A stretch of DNA of 64,000 bases, the filler included, from Streblomastix strix (lineage: Eukaryota), in NCBI GenBank assembly GCA_008636045.1. It is 4 parts of 4 records of this genome, joined end to end, with 100 filler letters (N's around TTAATTAATTAA, not from the genome) between each part and the next. Parts side by side here need not be neighbours in the genome. Positions count along the whole stretch, not along the records: positions 32,082 to 48,003 come from SNRW01000906.1; 3 more parts are not named here. One strand, 5' to 3'. Numbering within the stretch: position 1 is the first letter of the stretch; the number at the start of each line of letters is the position of its first letter. This document shows positions 32,082 through 43,435 of this stretch, in pieces. A model generated the notes under the pieces. It saw only the letters and a program-made list of their open reading frames with translations, was not told the origin of the DNA and did not search any database. The position numbers and the translations under genes are program-made.

Positions 32082-32795
32082 AAATATTTTGAATAATGTA
32101 TAATTAAATTATTTTTGTAATTTAGATTGATATATGAAGCCTATACAAGAAAAATAGTGGCACACGATTTTTTTGTAACCCAACAAGTAATATTAATTCA
32201 TAATATGAGTTTTCAACAAATTTGCACTTATTTATTAAAAAAAACATATTTTTTAAATTCAGATATAACAGCACGCTTGTGCTAACTGTTTTTCCTGCAT
32301 ACCTCCACAACAAAGTAACATAATACTTTCATTTATTAATATTCATACGTAAATAAATGAATAATTTACAAATTATTATTAAAAACTAAATATAATATTA
32401 GTATAGTATGAAGAAGTTTGTGGTAACTTCAAAACCATATTAATCCATATCAATTCGCCCGCGCCAAATGACTCGGTGTGACAAATTGATTTTTTTAATA
32501 TGATTTTAAACTTACCACAATCAATCTTCATATAAATATGATATAAACATATTGTAAAGCATTAATCCATAGCACCAATCCATATAATTAATCCTACGTG
32601 CAGATTCTAAGCGTTAATCTTAAAAATTAATCCAGCGATAAACCCATATGATTAATTATATGATTTGTCATATATATGAACATACGAAATTGTTCTGGCG
32701 CTTGTTACTAATTTATAATTAAAAAATATAAAGTATTAACCAATAAAATTGGTCTTTCTAATAAATTGTGTGGAGCCTATTAAAAATAATCAAAA

Positions 32796-33955
32796 TCATT
32801 TTTTATTAAGATAAGCCTCAGCTATACGTATAGAGTCTCGTGTATGATCAAGCAAAGCATATAGATGTTGTACTTATTTTTACTTTAGTTCTATATCAAA
32901 ATCTACAATTTCTTTAGTCTTTTGTTTATATTCGTTTAATAGTTATACTTCTTGTTGTTTAAGAAAATCATATTGTGTCTAATCCATTTTTAATATAGGA
33001 ACAAAAATATAATCAAAGATCGTTATTAACTTCATATTATAGATATCTAGACTCTTCAGCTTCTCTTGCAACTCTAGTATTATGTATCGTACATTAATTG
33101 TGACTAAGTTGTTTCATTTATTTAATATATTAATTTTTGTCACCGACTATTTTAATATTAGCTTTATAATCATTGATTTGATTATCTGTTAAGAATAAAC
33201 AATCACTTATCTCAACTGTATTATAATTATCATATGGAATATTACTTATCAATACTATTTCATCTTAATCATTTGTATATACTATTTTATAATCCATTTT
33301 ATACAGAGAACAAAAAATAATTGTTCAATATAAATCAAAATTAATATCTTTATCCTATTCATCATATTATGCAGATTCTTCTTAACATTAGTTTGTAGCT
33401 TTAACTTATTATGGCTCTTCTTTTTCAATAATCTATTTTGGTTACTTATATCGCTTAACTTTTTATATATATTTCTCTATTTGTTTAACAGCATCTTAAT
33501 GTTATTGTTTAATAAATGAATTTTTAGTTCGCAACCTGATTAGTTCTTCTAAATCAAGTTGAGCATTAGCATAATTAATTTATGGAGTTTTAGATGTTTT
33601 TACTACTCTTTTTCTAACTTGTTTCTTTAACGGTTTTTCCCTTACTTCGCTTATTGATGTTTCATCGCTTTCATTTTAATCTTCCTATTGTTAATTTGAT
33701 ATATATAATCTTCTTCTTCATCTTCAATTTATTTTTAAGGTTACTTTTATACTTTTTTCTTTGATTCTAACCCGCCTCCACGAGCTAATAGCAATAACAT
33801 ATTCTATTATGTTTATGTTAATTTTCTATGAGTCTTCTTTCCTTCTTCGAAGACCTTTATATCTTTATTAATTTAGATTACATATCCATTGTCAAAGTAT
33901 TCAATATTTGTTCCATTCTCTTTCAAATTCTTCAATGCATGTTGTAAGTCCATTT
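32796..33955 (-). CDS. Three small hypothetical viral ORFs (two frameshifted)
   Basis: Code-6 frames starting MDLQHALK (about 33955), MDYKIVY (about 33297) and MDQTQYDF (about 32987), separated by TTATTTTT-like motifs. Confidence 0.45.
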
Positions 33956-33976
33956 GAATATTTTTAAATAAAGAAA

Positions 33977-34699
33977 ATGATAAAGGACATAGAAAGAAAC
34001 TAAATTCGAATGTCAAAAACTAAAAAATAAATGTCAGAGATTAAACATAAAGAACTGACGGATGAGGATAAAATAAGATTGCAATTGATCGATGATGCAA
34101 TTAGTCGCATTAAGACAATGCCTACAGTAGACGAAACTGTCAAACCAAAAGAAAATCCAACTTAAACTGAGAATGAAACTATTCAAGTAACTCCTGAATA
34201 ATTGATCCTTACAGAATAAAAAATTACTAAATATAAGAGTAAATATAATAAAGATAAACATAAACAAGTAGATAGAACAACTGAATAAGTTGAACCGGAT
34301 GAAGTTGTTAAAAATACATATCTTTCACACCCTAATTTGTAGGTAATGAAATTCACCATTGACCAATTATGGAAGACGGTAACAAAAAGAAATAGAGGTG
34401 ACGATTTCATATTCTCATCAGATAATTTTATTAAACTTTGGTCATTAATCACATAAGAAAATGAAGAAGATATAGAAACTGTATTAGAAGAGCAATTAAT
34501 GAGATCTCATTCATGCATAGGTAAATCATATAAAAAGAAAGATCTAATAAGAATGATGGATATATTGATTAAAAATGTATCAGTTAAAGTATTAGATAAT
34601 GTGCTATATAACTCTATTGAGAAATTGTACGGTGTGAATTGTGACTTTGTTCGTTTATCTGATGCACCTGAGATAGAAATTACAGATAACGATTTTTGA
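33977..34699 (+). CDS. Hypothetical viral protein (frameshifted)
   Basis: Coding-like code-6 frames ending ...APEIEITDNDF. Confidence 0.45.
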
Positions 34700-34751
34700 A
34701 ATAATTTAACCGTCTATTTTATACAATTAATTATTTTTATCGACAACAAAA

Positions 34752-35165
34752 ATGCTTTCAAAATCAGAAATAGTCAAAGGTAAATTGCTTGTTCATCCTC
34801 AAAATATACCTAAGGAAATTTACGTTGAACCTATATATTAATGTGGTGATGATTTCTATTAATGAACATTAAATAAAAATAATAAGCCTTACTACAAGTT
34901 ACTAAAACGATACGGTACTAATCAAAATTATCCGTAACAAATTTATGTATTAATTGAGAAGAGAAATAATGAACATATTGATGATACAATTAAATAGTAT
35001 GACTAACAGATGAAAGTCTTACGTGACAATATGGATATAGGTATAAAATATCGAGAGTTAAAAGAAGCGGTTGAATAAATGTAAGCTCAAACAAAATATA
35101 ATTAATACAATTAATATGGAGTTAAATGTACGGTTAATAGTATAGATTATTATGTTGAAAAATGA
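34752..35165 (+). CDS. Hypothetical viral protein (internal TGA at 34863)
   Basis: MLSKSEIVKGKLLVHP...YYVEK, 138 codons. Confidence 0.5.
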
Positions 35166-35188
35166 TTACTGATTATTTTATATTAAAA

Positions 35189-36232
35189 ATGGATCAAAAT
35201 TTAAGTGATTTAGATTTGATTGATGAAGATGACCAGATTAATTAATATGAATAGGTTAGTAAAATAATATAGTAATAAGAGGGGTAATAAAAATAAATTA
35301 AAGAACGTAATTCATTACTACAAGTTATTGATAATGAGATTATTAAGTATTTTAATTATTTGAGTTAGTTCTTTAGGAATTCTATCGATTTTGTTAATTT
35401 GCATACTGACTAGATTATTCGTGGGGTTAAGACATTTCTATAACCTATCATAGTTGGTAAAATTATTAAATAAGGTGGAACAAGTAACTAATTATTACAA
35501 GCTAATGGTGACACAACTGATGTGGGTAATTTCTTGCCTAAATACTATCCTCATGCTATGATGTAAATGATAATAGAACCTATTGATGACATATGTAATT
35601 AAGGTATTAGGATAATGAAAAATAAAGCGAACTGGGATAGCTTTGTTCTCACTGGTTGTGATGCTGATCCATCAAATAGAGATGGTGTATGAAAGATGGG
35701 ATCAACTTCATCATAATTCAGGATTCAAAAATAAGTGGATGAAGCTTATGATTATAAGGGATTGATTATAGATTTTGATTGTACAACTCTTAAGTTCAAT
35801 AACCAATTAGTAGCACCATTACCATCCCCTCCAATTGATTATGCTATTTAATAGTCATTAGGTTTTGGCGTATTTGATTTCTTTACATGGGGATAGGTAA
35901 CCTTATAGAATAATCGTGTATATATTTCTATAGCAGTTACTCACTCTGACCCTAATACGTATTGGAATACAGGTTATACTATATTTTCTGTTATGAATGA
36001 CGCTGCTAAACCTAAGTTCAGTGGATCACCTCGTAATTTACCTCTTAATGCTGTTATATATGCGACAAAGTAATCTAGTAATCCAGTTACATGGATTAAT
36101 CCCGTTGCTATTGATTGTTACGTTGATGTAGATGGTCATATTAAGATTAATGCTATATGTTAGTTTTATTTACTTGATGATTTTTTAGTATAAATTTGCG
36201 ATTCATATGCTATTAATAATTAGACTTCTTGA
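35189..36232 (+). CDS. Fibre-like virion protein 1 (internal TGA at 35690)
   Basis: QIIRGVKTF and IIKQGGTSNQLLQANG resemble phage tail-fibre motifs. Shares a QGIRI..W..GLxI..TLxFN module with fibre 2. Confidence 0.6.
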
Positions 36233-36278
36233 ATAACAACAAAATTGTTGGCATAAATGCTAATTTAAAAATAAACAA

Positions 36279-36404
36279 ATGAATCCAATTAACGAAACAA
36301 TAATCTATTCCCTCGAATAATTAAACATTAACTGGCATGAAATCTTTAAAGCTATTTGGGAAGCAGCTATCAAATATGCTTGCGAATCAAAAATTTGCCA
36401 TTGA
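36279..36404 (+). CDS. Conserved viral micro-protein (41 aa)
   Basis: MNPINETIIYSLEQLNINWHEIFKAIWEAAIKYACESKICH; homologue at 18603-18767. Confidence 0.7.
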
Positions 36405-36425
36405 AAAATAAATTTATTTTTACGA

Positions 36426-38417
36426 TCATTGTGGTTTAATAGCCCCACCAGCAAGCTCGCCAATTAATTCGATATTTAATACTTAGGGCATTGATCTATC
36501 ATCAAATATTATTCTAACAAACGCATCACATAAGTAATGCATCATTGGTGTAATAGATGCTTTAGTTGGATCGGGATAAGCTCGAGTTCCAATGAATTAT
36601 TTGAAATCATTTTAGTTCTAAGCTGGAAATATGTTAGTTGTATCAATAATTCCTTTAATTAAATTTCCTTACAAAATAACCTATATATTAGTTCTAGAAC
36701 CTATCTTTGAAGAGTTAAATCCTCGCATAAATGAGTCATCAGTAGCCAATTTCCATGCAAGCATATATTTGTTAGGGTAAAGTGTTTTAATAGCTTTACT
36801 CCCACTATACAATGTTGTTAAATAGAATATGTTTTCTGTTGCAAGTGGATCATCATCTATCACTCCATAGAAATTATGCTAATCATTAATGGATCTATTC
36901 TCAAATGTAAGTGAATGATATAGATCTGATGGAGCACTAACTACATCTTAATCAACGAAGCAGTCAAACATTTATCCATTAGTTGCTTATTTTAATGATT
37001 TATATGGTTATGGGATAACATTATTCTAATCAATTATTAGATTAAGCCCTGTGAATAATACTGAGAAACACCATGTAGGATATTAAGGCATAGCATATGT
37101 CATAAATAGTGACTTTATGTTAGAGAATGACATAAAACTTTACAAATATCCACTATCTTTACCAAATCCACTAAATGGAAAGTTCGAAGATTATGTTCTA
37201 AATACTTATGTAGGAAAATTAATTATTTTTTGTGTCTGAATCAGACTAATTATAGCTTCTTCATTTTCAATATTGAAGCATACGTTCTAGATCTCCAATA
37301 CATCAAATTTAGCCGTCCCAATCTAACTAATTGAATTTTATGGAGTCTTATCACCAGCAGCTACATTTTACATATTTACAATTCTTACATTATATCTTTA
37401 ATACGTTAGAGCATCAGCAGCATTTCCTGATAATAGATAAACAATATCTGGTTTCTCCGGAGGAATCATATGATAAGCTAAATGATTATTTTATATAGTA
37501 TCATTTTTGTTAAGCCAAACAACCTTCAAATCTTGTAGGAAATCTTATATCCATAATTATAGATGTAATGATGCATAATTACGTGTAAGAACAGGAAATG
37601 AGTTAATTATAGGATTTAGTTAGTTAAGATCAAGCACTCCACTAAATGTAATATCGTTAGGAATTTTGTAATAGAATAGTGTAGCAGTAGGTGACTCCTG
37701 TGTTCCAGCTGTTGCGTATCTATCAATTTCACTAAGTGGGACATCAATAAATACTCCAAAATGACGTTTTCCTTCTATTATACTTTCTAAAGGTGATACG
37801 TTAACGCTATTTTTAGTACACAAATCACTAAGAGAATTATCACTAATCACAGCTTATTCCCTTGCATAAATAGCTGATCCCCATTGTGCTGTTGCATCTT
37901 TCAGTAGTTAGAATTAGTAGAATGGTCCACAGGCAGTAGAGAAACCAATCCAAAATTATAGACGTTCAGATTTTTCAATTCCATCTGCTGATTTACTATA
38001 ATATCCTTATGCTGTTTATGACATATTATCAGTCCAATTAGCTAATGGATCTTTTTTACCATTAAAGTTAGTTCGTGCGATTAATTTAGCTATAGAATCA
38101 TAATCTTCATATGTTTTATTTAATTATATTGCTAATGTATTTGCTTGTATAGTAATTGTCCAATTTACTTAACAAGTTTATACCATCGAACAAGTAGATT
38201 TACCTCGTGCTCCTAATGGTGCTCTAGTATATTTAACTCCACTAGATGTAAGTTCAGTAATAGGAGAATCGAAGAAATTTTGCTTAAATATTTCAAATGA
38301 CTGAGGATGGATAGATATAGTTTTTATAACCTCCCCAAGTTACATATATCCGCTAACGTAATTTGAATGTTGCATTTTTGCTAATCGTCCAAGATAATCA
38401 CTAGATTTGAATGGCAT
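36426..38417 (-). CDS. Probable double jelly-roll major capsid protein (663 aa)
   Basis: Long beta-strand-rich code-6 ORF in a pPolB/ATPase element. The C-terminal FMRGFNS...HYLCDAFVRIIF is reminiscent of PLV capsids. The call rests on context and composition, not a database match. Confidence 0.6.
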
Positions 38418-38483
38418 TTCATTGAAACAAAAATTAATGAAACGGAATGGATGTTTAAGTTAATAGTTTTTATAATAAATCAA

Positions 38484-38690
38484 ATGGGTTTCTTCTCTAG
38501 AATTGCAAATTTTGGATCAAAAATATTATGTGGTGTTAAGAAAGCTGCATAATGGGTTGCACCAGCTTTAAATAAAGTTTTGTCAACAATATCAGGTCCA
38601 GTTGGAATGATTCATCCGGGAATTGGAGGTGCATTAGGTGCAGGGGCTAATCTAGCAGGTACGGTGGATCGTCTTGTGAATCATAAATGA
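38484..38690 (+). CDS. Small amphipathic Gly-rich protein (68 aa), putative membrane-penetration or cement protein
   Basis: MGFFSRIANFGSKILCGVKKAAQWVAPALNKVLSTISGP...; divergent from the capsid gene. Confidence 0.6.
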
Positions 38691-38786
38691 TTCATCCCAG
38701 CATAGCTGAGTTAATAAACGGTGATGACATCGTAATTTATACTCTTTGAGTCTAAGAATCTTCGATTATTATTTTTGAATAAAATT

Positions 38787-40718
38787 ATGAGTGCATCATT
38801 AACCCAACAATAAATCCGTACGGTTAGATTACTTATCGCTAACGATATAGCTTATTATATATATTATTAGAAACGAGGTAGTTCAAGTGGTGGAATGATG
38901 TCAAATGAAGAGTATTAATTATTCATAGATAATAACAATGCATTAGTCTATGCAGCTAACAATTAAATCGTTGATGGAATGGCATCAGATTACGCATTAA
39001 AAATAGAGCCAAATGGACTATTAACTATAAAGAATTTGAAGGTGATTAATTTTGATTTTGTTGCTTTGATTAATTAGTTGATTAATTAAGTGAATTTACT
39101 ATAGCAATCAATTGGGACAACTGAATAAGATATCACTGATACAAAAAATGATATTGATACAATTAATCAAGAACTATCTCGATAAACACATTTCAGAGGA
39201 TATTATTTATTGAATACAGATATATAAAATTTGCCCGATTCAGCTATTGGTGATTTTGCTTTTAGTGCAGAGAGTGGAGCAGTATGGATGTATGATTAAA
39301 ATTGGTATAATAGTGGAGATATAGTACCAGATTAAATTACACCAGCTAGTGATGCAAATCCACAACCTGATGGTACAGTAACTGCAGGAATTAGTTCTGA
39401 GTACTCACGCGGGGATCATGTCCATCCATTAAATATTACAACAACTATACCGATTAGTGATTCTGTTAGTGGATCAGTTGGTACAACTAACTATTATGCT
39501 AGAAACAATCATTCGTATCCAATTAACGTTGAGACTAATGCTTCGAATATCCCTATAGTTAATGGTGTTGGTGCTAATGGAACAGCAGCCTTTTACGCTA
39601 GACAAGATCATGTTCATCTATAGCAATTAACATATGATGGAAATGTTACTACAACTAAATTTATTAACGCAGGTGGCACATCTAATGATATATTGTTAGC
39701 TGATGGAACAACTAGATAATCATCACTTGCAGGTAGATAATATCAAGTAATCTATCCATAATAATATGTAAAATTATGTACATTTATAGCTTTAAATACA
39801 TCTACTGATAATTCTATTAAATTCAAAATAAATACAAGAGCAGGCTTCGGATAGATATAGTTTAATTAATATTGGTCTAGTGGAGTAGGAATTAGTCGGT
39901 ATTAGTATCTATTTATTCCAACATTAGCCACAGGCATTAATAGTGCATGGATTTTATACTTTAATGATGTTATTGATAGATATGGTGAATTATGGTGTAA
40001 AATTGATGAATATACTTACAATTCATATATATACGAAGCAAAGGTAAGTGCTTTCTAAGGAAATATTACTGATATATTTACGACTGATGGATAGGAAGAA
40101 TTACCTGATGATTATAGTGTCATTTAATAGTTATTCCCTAATTAATATAGTACAACTATGTAAATTAACCCCATAATTAATGTTACATTTAATGAAGGTA
40201 TTAGAATAAGCAGAACCCCTACGAATTTATGGAGCAATATACTGTTCGATTGCGATCCTAATTCTATTGTTGGATATATTGATAATTAATGGCTAATTGG
40301 CTCAACAGGTAATAATACAACTAATCCTCTTGGATTTATTATCGTTAAAGCAGGATAAGAGGGATCGAGTAGTGGATTATAAATTAATTAATATGGTAAT
40401 GAATTAAATTTCTATGGTAAAGTGAACTCAGGTAATATATAAATTAACCCCACAGCTGATGGAAACGATGATGGTTTGAGAATATCAAGAGCTGATCCAA
40501 TAAGTACAGGTAATTTATCAATTTAGTTAGGATGTAGTAGAACATCTACCGTTGGAGCTATTGATGGTTAATGGTCAATATTTACTCCACCAAGTAGTTC
40601 TACAAATAACCCTCAAAGTTTTGTAATAGCTGTATCATCTTAAGCAGGTGATAATACCAGAGGATTATAAATCAGCGCTGATGGAAATACATTAACTTTC
40701 AATGGACGGGTTCTTTGA
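38787..40718 (+). CDS. Fibre-like virion protein 2 (643 aa)
   Basis: N-terminal coiled coil, three (S/A)RxDHxHP-type repeats, FINAGGTSNDILLADG, and two C-terminal QINP..GxRISR repeats. Confidence 0.7.
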
Positions 40719-40740
40719 TGTAAATTTATTTTTGAAATAA

Positions 40741-41217
40741 ATGGAAAAAGCTGTAACCTAACCAATCAAACAATTATTCAATGAATTAGTTAAATAGCAC
40801 TTTAATGATATCGATACAATTAAAGTTACAATTGAAGCATTATAAAATTTGTTAAAGAATGATGTAAAAGAATCAATCCACCTATTACTCTAAGAATTAA
40901 TGAGAATCAATAAAATGTTCACTAATCAATGGCAATAATTATAAAATATAAAGAAAATGGTAGATGAAGAAGATTATAAAAATAAGTTGTTTAATGAATA
41001 GGATAAATACTTCAAAAATAAATATCTATTAATTAAAAAGTCATTAGATCTAAACAATTAACCATAACAAATAAAGAAGTACATTATCTCTGAAGCTAGT
41101 GAAGAAGAGAAATAGATTTACAATTAATTTGTGAGTGATGTGTAATATAGTAACTTTGTCAATAACTATCAACTTAATTTAAAATAATAAGATTGTTAAT
41201 ATATTAGATATATTTGA
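40741..41217 (+). CDS. Hypothetical helical protein (158 aa)
   Basis: Open code-6 frame MEKAVTQPIKQ...YIRYI. Confidence 0.5.
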
Positions 41218-41801
41218 TTATCTCTTCAATTTAATCTTGGATTTGTTCAATAAAAGTGTAATGTTATTTGAATTATTCATACAATTATTTTTCCTATTAA
41301 TCTAAATCATTTGTCTCTATTAGCGCTTCAAATATTTTAAAAATCTCATAGTCTGTTGCATTATACAATTCACCAACACTTCTAGCTGTTTAATAAAGTT
41401 ATTCCATTTCATTTAATTCAAACAATTTATTTAGTAGGTTAATTTAACATTTTATGATACATTTTATATCTTCAATGAGTTGCTAATTCAAAATCTTTAT
41501 TAGCTATTACTTCGTTCAGAAATGTTTCGATTTATTCTACAGATAGCTATGACCAATGGATGCGTGGTTAATTTTTGTCCATTTTTCTTTTGTAAAAGAA
41601 TTATATAATGTAAATCGTTATATTTAGTGGAACTAATACGATATCAAAATAACTCCATGATACTTTTACTACATTAACTGTGTCCATTAATTTATCAGGA
41701 ATTGATACTGATATGATTGATGTTACAAAATTAACTCCATAGAATATGTAATTCATTATCCCCATGATCAAACTAAGTATGTTCATTTTATTATTTTGAA
41801 A

Positions 41802-42817
41802 ATGTCGCTACTAGAATTGTAAGATATCACATTTACTAATCAAGTCTTATTGAACGAGTATAAAACTACGCCATTAACCAAAAATTCACTGTTTCTTATT
41901 AATGGAAATCATTATATTGTTGGTGCTGTTGGAAGTGACAAAGCAACATTAGAGTGTAAGTTAATTGCGATCTATAAAAAAGTAATTGATCCATTCATAT
42001 TATACATCTCGAATTTTGGAGCAGATGAGACAATGGCACTAAACCTAAATAGTAAGAACATATAACTAACGAATGTGATGTATGGCGAAGCACAGATTTT
42101 TCTACCCGAATTTGATGAGATAAAATATTCCACTAAAGAGATGTATACATGGTACAAGATGAATGAGTAAAAATAGTCTTACACTAGTGATTTCATTAAA
42201 CGAATGGAAGAGTAGATTTTATAAAATAATGAGATTAAAAAAAATGAAAAACCTAATGATTATCTTAATAGAATTGCTGTACTTTTCAAATAAAAGGTAA
42301 TCGAGACAATTAATACATACAGCTAGCCAACCAAGATATTGAGATTCGATATACCAGCGCTAATTTAAAATGTTAGTTATTAAAACAATTCAAAATAGTT
42401 GATGAAGAATAAGTTGATGTAAAAATAATGAAAATACCTATATTGGAAAAAGCTTAATTATTCAATACTTTAATGCTATTCGATGACATTGGTTCTAATG
42501 CTGATATATAAAGATTCAGTTCATAATTATCTAAAACAATAACCCATCTGGTTAGTGATTCGAGACATAGTAAAAATACTATTTTTTTTATAGCTTAACG
42601 TCCAACTTATTTGTTCAAGACAGCAAGGATATGAACCCATGTGATTTGCTTGGGAGTTAATTTAGGTGAGTCTGACCTAAGATAAGTGTATGAGGAAAAT
42701 ACTATATAAAATTTAGATTTTGATGAGCTTCGGTTACTATACAGTACACTAAAAAAATATGAGTTTATCATATTAAACAAATGGAATAGTTAATTCTAAA
42801 TTTTAAATAATAAATGA
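41802..42817 (+). pseudogene. A32-like FtsK/HerA genome-packaging ATPase, decayed
   Basis: YIVGAVGSDKA (damaged Walker A), LMLFDD (Walker B) and SRHSKNTIFFIAQ (arginine finger/Q motif). There is a frameshift between the Walker motifs and a TGA at 42632. Confidence 0.8.
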
Positions 42818-42839
42818 TTATTTTTATCTATACAAAAAT

Positions 42840-43418
42840 ATGGCAGAAGAAAATAATGAAGTGAATTAATGGATACAACTAATTGCGGACGCCGACTATG
42901 AAATACTTACAAATGAACCACATACTATTAGAAGAATTTCAAATGGATATATACTAACAATATCTATAAATAATGGTTATCAATCAATTAAATTAAATGG
43001 AAAAACATATTTACAACATAGAGTTTTAGCTATTTAATTCTTACCAAACCCTAATAATTTACCTGATATAGATCATAAAGACCGGAACAAATTAAATAAT
43101 GATTTAACTAATCTGAGATGGTGTTCAACTTCAGAAAATATTAAAAATAAATCAAGCTACGGGAATATAACATTTAATTATATTGACTAATTATCCGACG
43201 AAGCTATTACGGTTAATTAATATGGTTAATATCTGTTTGAATTTCTATATTTTGATAATAATAACTTCTATTTCTATAATGGATTACAATATCGATAATT
43301 ACATATCAATGAGAAGAAAAGTACAGGTTCATTATTTATTTATGCTTATAATATTGATAACATATAATATAAAATTTTTATAAATAAATTTAAAAGATTA
43401 TATGATATAGAATTTTGA
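42840..43418 (+). CDS. HNH homing endonuclease (HNH_3-like), 192 aa
   Basis: HRVLAIQFLPNPNNLPDIDHKDRNKLNNDLTNLRW; frame intact. Confidence 0.88.
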
Positions 43419-43435
43419 AAAATAATTATTTTTGA

